Source: Octopus bimaculoides (lineage: Eukaryota). Taken from it: a stretch of DNA of 37,136 bases. Location of the stretch: NCBI RefSeq assembly GCF_001194135.2, contig NC_068981.1, positions 8,629,269 to 8,666,404 of the forward strand. Direction: 5' to 3'. The position numbers and the translations under genes are program-made. The notes below the pieces were generated by a model. It worked only from the letters and a program-made list of their open reading frames with translations. It was not told the origin of the DNA and made no database searches. This document shows positions 21,317 to 31,490 of the stretch, in pieces (the stretch's first letter is position 1; each line of letters begins with the position of its first letter).

Positions 21317-21410
21317 TATATTAACGGGTCTAAAAAAATGTTCAGTGTGTTCTCTTTAGAGACTGTATTAAAAAAATGTATGGACGTACTGCATTAAATA
21401 ACATAAAATA
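21316..21410 (+). mobile_element. Inverted copy of the 3' part of the adjacent PLE
   Basis: ctatattaacgggtctaaaaaaatgttcagtgtgttctctttagagactgt matches the reverse complement of 20923-20972. Confidence 0.7.
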
Positions 21411-21453
21411 TATCAGCAGCATGCAAAAATTGTGCATAAGTGTTGGTGGCATT

Positions 21454-21495
21454 GCCGGATACACATTTCTATATCTTTGAGCTCTCGTCAGTAGC
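21454..21495 (-). ncRNA. Decayed PLE-type hammerhead motif
   Basis: Minus: gcta-CTGACGA-gagctcaaagatata-GAAA-tgtgta-TC-cggc; core intact, stems imperfect. Confidence 0.45.
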
Positions 21496-22292
21496 AAGTA
21501 CCTACTGGCAATGGTACTCTAAGAATATTATTTGTCGTCACTGATATACGAAAACTAATTGAAAATTCACTGATGTTATTATTAGCTGCCGGACGAATAA
21601 AAATTCTGTATGTGCAATACAAGCAGTATGAGTTTGAACCGTTAATCTTTGTATCATGCTAATTTCTCTTTCCATGAGGTATCTGTATGAAGTATTACGA
21701 TGATCTTCACGAAGAGTATTTAACGTAAGCATCAATTTTTTTCATTAATTAGTATGCGAAGGAGGAAGAGTGTCCTCAAAGTTAGAGGCGGTAATTGCTT
21801 ATATTTAATTCGGTTTTTGATTAATTTGAATTCTCAGTCTTAGTGCTGCTGCTGCTACTGCTGCTTCTGCTGCTACTGCTGCTTCTGCTGCATCTGACGG
21901 TGATGATGATTTTAGAAAATAATGATTTAACGATGATCTTCGAGATCACTCTTTCCTTGAAATTGAAATCACACCCACGTGTTAAACAATATTTTACAGT
22001 TCACACTTATTCACTATTCCATCACAGCCCCGAGGTATAAGTAAAAAGCTTTAAACCTAACTTTTTATGGGTGTAAGCATAAACGTTGTTCCCGGATTAA
22101 AGGTTGCCAAGGGATGTTTGTATTAAGGCGAGGGAAGAAGTCAACAACAGAATGAAAAACAATCTAATCCGGTGGATTTAATAAAAGGTTGGAGTCAATT
22201 TTAGGCGAATAGGAAAACTAGCTGAGACCGGAGCGAACATAACTTGCTACTATAGCAAAAAAAATGAACACCCTACTCTGAGTATATCAGGG

Positions 22293-22294
<2 letters not shown>

Positions 22295-22364
<70 letters not shown>
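22295..22364. repeat. (TAA)n microsatellite
   Basis: Direct reading. Confidence 0.95.
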
Positions 22365-22366
22365 TT

Positions 22367-22410
22367 CTGAAGAAGGCTGGAAGGTCCAACGGCCGAAATG
22401 GTGTGACTCT
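22367..22410 (+). ncRNA. Hammerhead-like core (CUGAAGA, stem II, GAAA) without clear stems I/III
   Basis: CTGAAGA-a-ggc-tgga-agg-tcca-acggcc-GAAA-tggtg. Confidence 0.35.
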
Positions 22411-22865
22411 AACAACGAAGGCGAGGACGTAAGTCTGATTATATCGGGGTTTAATAAATGTAATTTCTCATCTCGGAAATTCTGACGAAAATACTCTTTC
22501 CCACCGACGGTTTATAGTTGATATTCAGAGTTTAATATCTTTGATAATTTCTGGCTAATTTCCGTTAGGTTTCCCTGCCTCATACAATATTGCCTGGATA
22601 TAGCCATTGAAGTGTTACGTAAAGAATTAATAGGCCGACCACAGTCTTTTAGCGAACGCTAAAACAGAGTTCATCTTTTATTCGTCTTCTATTAACATCT
22701 GTGTGCGTGTGTGTGTGCGTGTGTGTGTGTGGGTGGGTGGGTGTTTCTGTGTGCATGTGAGTGTGTGTATTTACGTGTGATTGTGTGCATATATACGTGT
22801 ATGAGTGTCCATGTGTCTGTCTGTCTGTCCATGTGTGTGTGTGTATGCGATTTTCTATTAACTGC

Positions 22866-22866
22866 T

Positions 22867-22919
<53 letters not shown>

Positions 22920-23050
22920 TGTTGTAGTAGTTTTATTGGTGATGATAACGGTTTTGAGAGCATAAGTAGTAGCAGCAGTTGTTGGTGATGGTGATGGTGA
23001 TGGTTGTGATGTTGGTGTTTGTAAGGGTGGTGGTGGCAATGGTGGTGGCG
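22866..23050. repeat. (GTA)n grading into GTT/GAT/GGT tract
   Basis: Direct reading. Confidence 0.9.
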
Positions 23051-23554
23051 GGGAAACCGATACAGGATCGGAAGCGTTAATAGGATAAAATGACAATGAA
23101 ACTACTTGCTGGCGTTTCCGATTCGTTTTCTACATCCTTGTGTTGACGTCATTGAAGTCGATGGCAGAACTGAGATCCGGGTACCTGTTGGGCGATAACA
23201 CACACACACACACACGCACACACACACATATGCGTGTATGTACAAATACATATGTAGACNNNNNNNNNNNNNNNNNNNNNNNNNNNNNNNNNNNNNNNNN
23301 NNNNNNNNNNNNNNNNNNNNNNNNNNNNNNNNNNNNNNNNNNNNNNNNNNNNNNNNNNNNNNNNNNNNNNNNNNNNNNNNNNNNNNNNNNNNNNNNNNNN
23401 NNNNNNNNNNNNNNNNNNNNNNNNNNNNNNNNNNNNNNNNNNNNNNNNNNNNNNNNNNNNNNNNNNNNNNNNNNNNNNNNNNNNNNNNNNNNNNNNNNNN
23501 NNNNNNNNNNNNNNNNNNNNNNNNNNNNNNNNNNNNNNNNNNNNNNNNNNNNNN

Positions 23555-23586
<32 letters not shown>

Positions 23587-23597
23587 AATTAATACAC

Positions 23598-23636
<39 letters not shown>

Positions 23637-24169
23637 GATACAAGAATTTTATAATTAGAAGCATAATTATAATTAGGGTTCAGCAAAACTGCTTCACCAC
23701 ATACCGAAATTTAGAAATAGCAGTTAAATACTATTCCACTACCATAAGATATCTCCCAGACAGCGATACTCCCAACTCACGCATATATCTATAAATACAC
23801 GCATACACAAGCATTCACATACATACACGCACCAAACCCGCACATATGCACAAACACATACACACACACATGTACAGACTGACACTTGCATGATGCATCT
23901 TGTTTGTGTTTGAATATATGCACATAATCGTGCAATTTCACAGGTTTTGACGCCAAGCTTGGCTCATGGGTTATTAATTTCATGGGGTTGTGGACTCATA
24001 AGTTTGTGTATATATATATGTATTTTGTGAATTGTAATATCGTGAATATGTGCAATGCACATGAGGGAATCCAGCATAAGTCCAAGAGGGCATGCATCTT
24101 TTATGTACGTAATTGATGTTCAGCGAAAATATATATATACAGGTTGGCGGGGTGGTAAAGTGGTTGGTG

Positions 24170-24880
24170 GAGGAGTCATACTTCAAATTTCGAAGTATGA
24201 GTTGTTGCTTTTGCATGCTCGAGGAAAAGGTTTTCTCTCTAGTATTCATAACGTTCACAGTTGATGCTATGATGTCTAGTTTTCCAGAAATACTGGGTTC
24301 TCATTTGCTGCCCCGTCCCCTGTATTTGCTGGCTTTAGCTAAATGATCCAGTTTATATGGGGGTTGCTCACGTTCCTCTCTTTAAGACTCAATACCATAC
24401 TGGATAAAGATGCTGTATGTCTTATTTTTATCTCTGAACGAAGTCAGATGCTGTCTATGTCCTTCTTTGAAGGTATTTCCCGTTATTCCAATGTAAGTTT
24501 TTGTTGTTCTGTTCAAACCCATAATGCTTGCCTTGTTCACTATTTACATGATAATTGATGTGTGATAAACACTTTCCAGGTTCCGAACCGTTTGCATTAA
24601 TTATTTTACCACAATATTGCCTTCAGCGCATCATACAAAGGTCTTCTAAAGTAATGTTACCAATGAATATTATATCAGACTTTAAACAAAGAAGATGACG
24701 GTCGGATGTCTCATTGTGCAACATGGCAATATACCACAAAGTATCTGAAGAACTGGTACCAACTTTTGGGATACTTAACTGATCTATGGAAGAACTCTTT
24801 TCCATGTCAGGAAACTGCAATAGTTAATTCGCAACCTATCAGAGGTGTTCTGTATAGTCCACGCAATTTTTTCTCACAAA
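24170..24880 (-). mobile_element. Penelope-like element, decayed linker plus GIY-YIG domain
   Basis: RLRINYCSFPDMEK..GKCL..NYHVNSEQG..KTYIGITGNTFKEGHRQHLTSFRDKNK..LSSMVLSLKE..WII..AKASKYRGRGSK. Confidence 0.75.
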
Positions 24881-25328
24881 TGTTCAGATTTAATATATTT
24901 GTGGACCAATGACCAGACGATAGCTTTTAAATAGTTTCCTGTTATGATTTGTTTAATTTTTGCCCACATAAACTTCGTCAGCAATGGAAATGAGCGAATA
25001 CGTGAACCTATGTTTATGTGTAAGAAAGGATGTAATATACACAGCGGTCTTATGTAAATGTAAACTAAAATTAAAAACATAAAGCTAGAGACATAAAAAA
25101 AGAGAATTTGCTGCCATGTGGCGTCGATAAAACCTGCGCGATTGGTGAATAGGGCTAAGATTAGTTCAGGGAACATTTGGTATCACTCCTAATTGTTTCT
25201 GCTAAACAACAACAACAACAATAAAGACCCCCAATAAATTGTTCAAAACTGAAGCGGATAACACCATACAAGATAGAAACGAACACACCAAGAATGACTC
25301 ACTTCTTGCTAATATTTCATGCGATTCT

Positions 25329-25530
25329 AAGGCGGTGAGCTGGCAGAATCGTTAGCAGGCCGGACAACATGCTGAGCTGAATTTTGCCCGTCTTTACGTT
25401 CTGAGTTCAAATGCCGCCGAGGTCGACTTTACCTTTAATCCTTTCGGAATCGATGAAATAAGTACAAGTTGAGCATTAGAGTTGGTATAATCGACTCGAA
25501 GTTTCTGGCCTTGTGCCAAAATTTGAAATC
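25329..25530 (+). mobile_element. Family A SINE with 16-bp target-site duplication
   Basis: TSD aatatttcat(g/a)cgatt at 25311-25326 and 25531-25546; head aaggcggtgagctggcagaatcgttagc. Confidence 0.9.
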
Positions 25531-26160
25531 AATATTTCATACGATTTCAAAAATACTGGGCCGAAGTACTTTTACACCATAATTTCGGAGATTTGTTTGG
25601 CATATGGCTTCGTCTGAGACCGAGTGTAGCAGTCAACTTTAACTACTGCAGCTCTATTCGAACCCATAACTTAACATTTCAAATAATAAAAAACATAAAT
25701 ACAATAGCCACAATCATGTATTTTATTTCCGATTTGTTGTCGTGTAATTAAATAAATTTGTAATAGAGTTATCTTGGCTTTGTGTATGTGTGTGTGTGTG
25801 TGCGTGTGTGTGTGTATGGTAGGAGAAACTATGAGCCGAGGGTTATAAAGGTGATTGTATGGAATCACAGATACATTAGTGCCATCAACAGACATTACCA
25901 TCCGGTTGAGGAATTTAGGTCTTCATTTGTAATTACATCACATGACTAGATTTTGACATTTAGATTTACTTGCCAAAGAAAGGGAGGGGGAGGAATATGT
26001 GTATGTATGTGCATTTATATACGGATTCTTATATATATGTATGTGTGTACGTGTGTGTATATATATGTATATATATATATATATATATATACACGCACAC
26101 GCATATATACTTAATATTTACATACATGCATATATAATTATATATATTTATTTGTGTGTA

Positions 26161-26225
<65 letters not shown>

Positions 26226-26327
26226 GTACGTTAACATAAATGTTCGCATTGAAATTATTTCTACCCTTTTCTACGACTCTGATATCCTGTTTTTTTTTTC
26301 TTTCAGCATTTATTTATTTGTAGAATT

Positions 26328-26374
<47 letters not shown>

Positions 26375-26461
26375 TTTACTTATTTAGAACGACTGGCCAT
26401 CGTTGTAATTATCACCACCACCACCGTTACCTCTATCATCACGAGAACATGTCTATGAGCT

Positions 26462-26530
26462 AGCTCCTACACAAACACTCGACCTACTAGAAATAGCAGT
26501 GAAATCTCCCTCGAGATTTATGCCAACTGT
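26462..26530 (-). repeat. Family D repeat fragment
   Basis: Reverse-complement similarity to 4630-4665. Confidence 0.35.
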
Positions 26531-26998
26531 TCCTGACAGCACACATGACAACCACGTGACCCACACGTGACCCATCAGAGACAGGAAGCAGGGTGATTGA
26601 AGCCATTCTTCAAGGTTATGTCACCAGGTTCTTATCCATTGAACAAAACCTAAATACTCGCCAGATCCCTCAAGTGTTTAACTAGTAAGTGTGCTACCGT
26701 AATTCGGGCAGAGGTGAGGCCAGCCCACAACCCCTGGAGAATCTCAACCAAACTGACTGACATCCATTCAGCAGAGTAACTCTTGCAACGGCCAGTCTAC
26801 AAAGGACAAACACAAACACGTATGTGTAGAAATCTGTGTTTATATTCAGGTGTGTTTAGTATTTGTAGTAGGAATGTATGTGTCCTCACCGGCAGATATA
26901 CCTATGCGGCCATGGAAACATTCTCCCCACCCCGCCACAAACACACACGCACACATACATGCATGCATCCATGCATCCATACATACATGCATACATGC

Positions 26999-27264
26999 AT
27001 TATTATTGGGGCCCTGGGATATGTAACACACTGCCTAAATACCAATGTTGAGAAATTGAGCTTCTCAAAGCCAGAAAGGAGAAAGCTAATTCGAAGACTA
27101 CAGATCCAATCCATCACTGGAACTGTAAGAATCTGTAAAACTTTACAGAAGTTTATCATTTAAATATATATGAGCGTGTCTAGGTATGTAACTATATTCA
27201 TGGGAATACATACATAAAATATACAAATATGCACATATACATACATACATACATACATACATAC
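26999..27264 (+). mobile_element. R4/Dong-clade 3' end with (TACA)n tail
   Basis: IIIGALGYVTHCLNTNVEKLSFSKPERRKLIRRLQIQSITGTVRICKTLQKFII* (stop at 27163); tail about 27237-27264; preceded by catacatacatgc. Confidence 0.8.
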
Positions 27265-27270
27265 ACACTA

Positions 27271-27515
27271 ATAATAATTGGGCGCTTGGGATTCTGAGTA
27301 AATGCCTAAGGGACCATCTGGATAAGCAAGGGTTTTCAGAAAAAGAAATCAGCTAACTTTCTCACACATTACAAATACAATCTGTAAAGCGGAACAGTAA
27401 GATCATGTGACATTGCTTTCGTTACCTACAATGCTAACGATGAAGCATTGTATCTTTGATTTAAAAAAACCGCTCCTTCCACATAGGCGGATTTCAAATA
27501 ATTATAAACAGAATA
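27271..27515 (+). mobile_element. R4/Dong-clade 3' end directly behind the previous (TACA)n tail
   Basis: IG(fs)ALGILSKCLRDHLDKQGFSEKEIS*LSHTLQIQSV..; UTR gatgaagcattgtatctttg shared with the 29480 and 30545 copies; runs into gap. Confidence 0.8.
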
Positions 27516-28119
27516 NNNNNNNNNNNNNNNNNNNNNNNNNNNNNNNNNNNNNNNNNNNNNNNNNNNNNNNNNNNNNNNNNNNNNNNNNNNNNNNNNNNNN
27601 NNNNNNNNNNNNNNNNNNNNNNNNNNNNNNNNNNNNNNNNNNNNNNNNNNNNNNNNNNNNNNNNNNNNNNNNNNNNNNNNNNNNNNNNNNNNNNNNNNNN
27701 NNNNNNNNNNNNNNNNNNNNNNNNNNNNNNNNNNNNNNNNNNNNNNNNNNNNNNNNNNNNNNNNNNNNNNNNNNNNNNNNNNNNNNNNNNNNNNNNNNNN
27801 NNNNNNNNNNNNNNNNNNNNNNNNNNNNNNNNNNNNNNNNNNNNNNNNNNNNNNNNNNNNNNNNNNNNNNNNNNNNNNNNNNNNNNNNNNNNNNNNNNNN
27901 NNNNNNNNNNNNNNNNNNNNNNNNNNNNNNNNNNNNNNNNNNNNNNNNNNNNNNNNNNNNNNNNNNNNNNNNNNNCAATATTTTCTTATACAGAATTAAT
28001 TAATTAATTAATTAATTTGTCCACATGATCTCTGCAAGTCATTTAACCACAGTGTATTTTTACTTCTATTTCTTATGTAATCATTTCATAGCGGAAGAGA
28101 CATCATAACCATTTAAAAA

Positions 28120-28455
28120 GGAGTGGCTGTGTGGTAGGTAGCTTGCTTGCCAACCACGTGGTTCCGGGTTCAGTTCCACTGCGCGGTAACTTGGGCAAGG
28201 GTCTTCTACTATAGCCTCGGGCCGACCAAAGCCTTGTGAGTGGATTTGGTAGACGGGAACTGAAAGAAGCCCGTCGTATATATGTATGTATATGTGAGTA
28301 TGTGTGTGTTTATCCCCCCAACCATCGCTTGACAACCGATGTTGGTGTGTTTACGTCCCCGTAACCAGCGGTTCGGCAAAAGTGACCGATAGAACAAGTA
28401 CTAGGCTTACAAAGAATAAGTCCTGGGGGCGATTTGTTCGACTAAAGGCGCTGCT

Positions 28456-28458
<3 letters not shown>
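28120..28458 (+). mobile_element. Family B SINE with full head, lacking the last about 60 bp
   Basis: ggagtggctgtgtggtag (A box)..ggttcagttcca (B box)..cttgggcaagggtcttct (CORE-like)..ctgggggcgatttgttcgactaaaggcgctgctcca then (CA)n. Confidence 0.9.
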
Positions 28459-28529
<71 letters not shown>

Positions 28530-28624
28530 GCACATACACACGCACATACACACGCACATACACACATATGTGTGTATGTACAAATACATACGTAGACATT
28601 CGTAAGATATACATAGATGTATAT

Positions 28625-28716
28625 TTGGGCAAGTGTCTTCTACTATAGCCTCGGGCCGACCAAAGCCTTGTGAGTGGATTTGGTAGACGGAAACTGAAAG
28701 AAGCCCGTCGTATATA

Positions 28717-28796
<80 letters not shown>

Positions 28797-29047
28797 TATG
28801 CATGTATGTGTGTGTATATGTTTGTGTGTCTGTGTTTGCCCCCCCCCCCAACATCGCTTGACAACCGATGCTGGTGTGCTTACGTCCCCGTAACTTACCG
28901 GTTCAGCAAAAAGAGACCGGTAGAATAAGTACTAGGCATACAAAGAATAAGTCCTGGGGTCGATTTGCTCGACTAAAGGCGGTGCTCCAGCATGGCCGCA
29001 GTCAAATGACTGAAACAAGTAAAAGAGTAAAAAGTGAGTAAAGAGTA
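28625..29047 (+). mobile_element. Family B SINE, 5'-truncated, with long internal (TA)n and (AAAGAGT)n-like tail
   Basis: ttgggcaagtgtcttctact..cccgtcg(TA)n..catcgcttgacaaccg..catggccgcagtcaaatgactgaaacaagtaaaagagt. Confidence 0.9.
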
Positions 29048-29390
29048 TAGATATATATATGTATGTATGTATGTATTACTTCTGCAGTTGAAAATTTAAT
29101 GGGTATGGCTCATCAAATGATGCTCTGTATGAATAGATATTCAACGGTGTTTTTTTATGTTTATTCCAGTTTTTCCCAGTGATGGTGGTGTGTTTTGTTT
29201 TCGCCACAACCTCGACGCACTGCTTCCCACTCAAAGAAACTGTTACCTTGGTGAGTCTTGGAGAAGCTTTTGATAATCGACATTTTCCGTTACATTTTGA
29301 AGAGTTGAGATTTTCAATGTGTCATTTGTTCGTTAGATATTTCCTAATTGACACCTGCTCTAGCAATGACAAAGCATAGTTTTCGAGACG

Positions 29391-29391
29391 T

Positions 29392-29472
<81 letters not shown>

Positions 29473-29478
29473 GTGCGT
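29391..29478. repeat. (GT)n microsatellite
   Basis: Direct reading; abuts the 3' end of the Dong fragment. Confidence 0.95.
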
Positions 29479-29479
29479 G

Positions 29480-29822
29480 CGTGTTCTCTTCTGTTTTTAA
29501 TCATTTAAATTCTTCCTCTGGGGAAAGAACTGATTTCGAACAAAAATAAGAAGCTCCATCGCTGGATTGTAGATAACAAAACAATGTCTCATTCTAAACT
29601 TGAGAAAAGTCTTGCATATTTTACTGTTCCCCTTACAAATTGTATTTTGATATCTTTTTCTGAAAACCCAAGCGTATCCAAATAGTCTCTTAGGCATTTA
29701 CTCAGAAAACCAAGTGCACCAATTGTCATTGGTGTAAATGTGAATTTGTAATCTGGATATAAAGAAACTGGAGGTTTCGAGGTAGTTGTCCACAGTTACT
29801 AACTTTATCTTTGGTTTTCAAA
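29480..29822 (-). mobile_element. R4/Dong-clade 3' end between (CATA)n and (CA)n tracts
   Basis: GQLPRNLQFLY(fs)PDYKFTFTPMTIGALGFLSKCLRDYLDTLGFSEKDI..KICKTFLKFRM*. Confidence 0.85.
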
Positions 29823-29824
29823 CG

Positions 29825-29884
<60 letters not shown>

Positions 29885-29940
29885 CATGTATGTATGTATA
29901 TATGTATGTATGTATGTATGTATGCATGTATGTATGTATG
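29825..29940. repeat. (TATG)n microsatellite
   Basis: Direct reading. Confidence 0.95.
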
Positions 29941-29949
29941 TGTGTGTAA

Positions 29950-30285
29950 ATGAGTAACAAAGATGTACAGTTGACAATTCATTACGGCCGTTTCAAGCGA
30001 CTCCTTTTATTGATTAATGGAAACATTACATCCCAAGAAAGGAACTGTTCTCGTCAGATGACAGCATAGCCTTCAAACATAAGGGATACAACCATTTCGT
30101 TAACATATTCACATCAATAAAGGAACTCAAAATATTAAGATGGTTGTATCTTTTATATTTGAAGTTTCTGCGGTCATCTGACGAGAATAGTTTCTTTCAA
30201 CTGATGTAATGGCTTCATTAATGAAATAAAGGAGTCGCTTGAAACGGCTGTAATGAATTGATACCTGTACATTTTTGCTACTCAT
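29950..30285. repeat. 336-bp fold-back element with about 145-bp arms
   Basis: atgagtaacaaagatgtacagttgacaattcattacggccgtttcaagcgactcc..gatacaaccat versus reverse complement of right arm atgagtagcaaaaatgtacaggtatcaattcattacagccgtttcaagcgactcc..gatacaaccat. Confidence 0.9.
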
Positions 30286-30541
30286 CTTATTTATCTAACT
30301 TGGAATCTGACCTTCGGAAATACTATATTAGGTACCTTTATAAAAAGTACATGTCTAAATTACCAGGAGCGAATATCTTCACTCAACTGGGTTGTGTTGT
30401 CTGCACACACGGCAGGAATATCAGGTTCAAACACCCCTGCATGGAGCATTTATATTCAATATTCAATTAATATTGTTTGGGTATGTGGATTATACCGACC
30501 TAGCAAGGTGTCTCAAGTACCTAATTCAACGGAATCTTAAT

Positions 30542-30544
<3 letters not shown>

Positions 30545-30573
<29 letters not shown>

Positions 30574-31490
30574 TGTATGTATGTATGTATGTCTCTTCTA
30601 TTTTTTAATCATTATAAATCTTCTACTGAGGAGGGAGCTGGTATCCAACAAAGATACAAGGCTCCATCTTTGGGATGTAGTTAACACAGACACATTCACA
30701 TTTGGAACTTGAGAAAAGTCTCGCATATTTTTACTGTTCCACTCACAGATTACACTTATAATGTACGAATTAGCTGATCGATTTCTCTTTCTGAAAACAA
30801 CAGTTTATCCAGATTCTCCTTTAAGCATTTACTAACAAAACCTTGCGCTCCAATTATTATTGGTATGAATATGAATTCACAATCTAGATATAGAAGCTGG
30901 AGGTTTCGAAACAGTTACCCATAGATATCCTCTTTTTCTTTGATTTTCAAAGAAATATTTATATCTACAGAGTAGCTAACCTCTATGATGGCACATACCT
31001 TTGCTCCTCTGTCCCAATCGACAATATCCGGCCTGTTATGTTTACATTTGACAGAAGTTTTGATGGGAATATTCCACCAGTATTCCTTGAGTCGGTGTTT
31101 ATGAATGTATTCCATAACAGAGGGATTTTCTAAGTTTAATTTCAGGACAGTCTTTTTTTGTGGGTGGCATTGTAAATTGTTTTAGCAACAATATCGTGCC
31201 GCATAGAAGGTAGTACCGTAACGATATTATAGGACAGCTGCTAATCACATACATGATGTCTTCCACAGAAACATGACATATCCTTCACATGCGGTTGCAC
31301 CTTGGGATTACAAGAGCGTCACTGTCTCTCTTGTTCACCAGGTACTTTGTGGCAATCTCCTGTTCCTGCATTGCAAACGCATAGCCTTCAAAGTGTGATG
31401 TGATGTAGTGATCTTGTATCCAAGGGAGGCTGCGCTTCGTCTCAATTCTACTGTCTTCTTCAAGCTTCCGGGCAACATACCCTTCGCCAC
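30545..31490 (-). mobile_element. R4/Dong-clade C-terminal domain (zinc-knuckle remnant plus RLE endonuclease), UTR and (CATA)n tail
   Basis: SHFEGYAFAMQEQEIATKYL..CNRM*RICH..EDIMYVISSCP..RHDIVAK..EYWWNIPIKTSVKCKHNRPDIVDWDRGAKVCAIIEVS..KIKEKEDIYG..IPIIIGAQGFV..GTVKICETFLKF. Confidence 0.9.

Noticed and set aside
23110-23196. Short non-repetitive frame HPCVDVIEVDGRTEIRVPVGR
   Set aside because: No recognisable domain, no convincing splice pair, flanked by microsatellites
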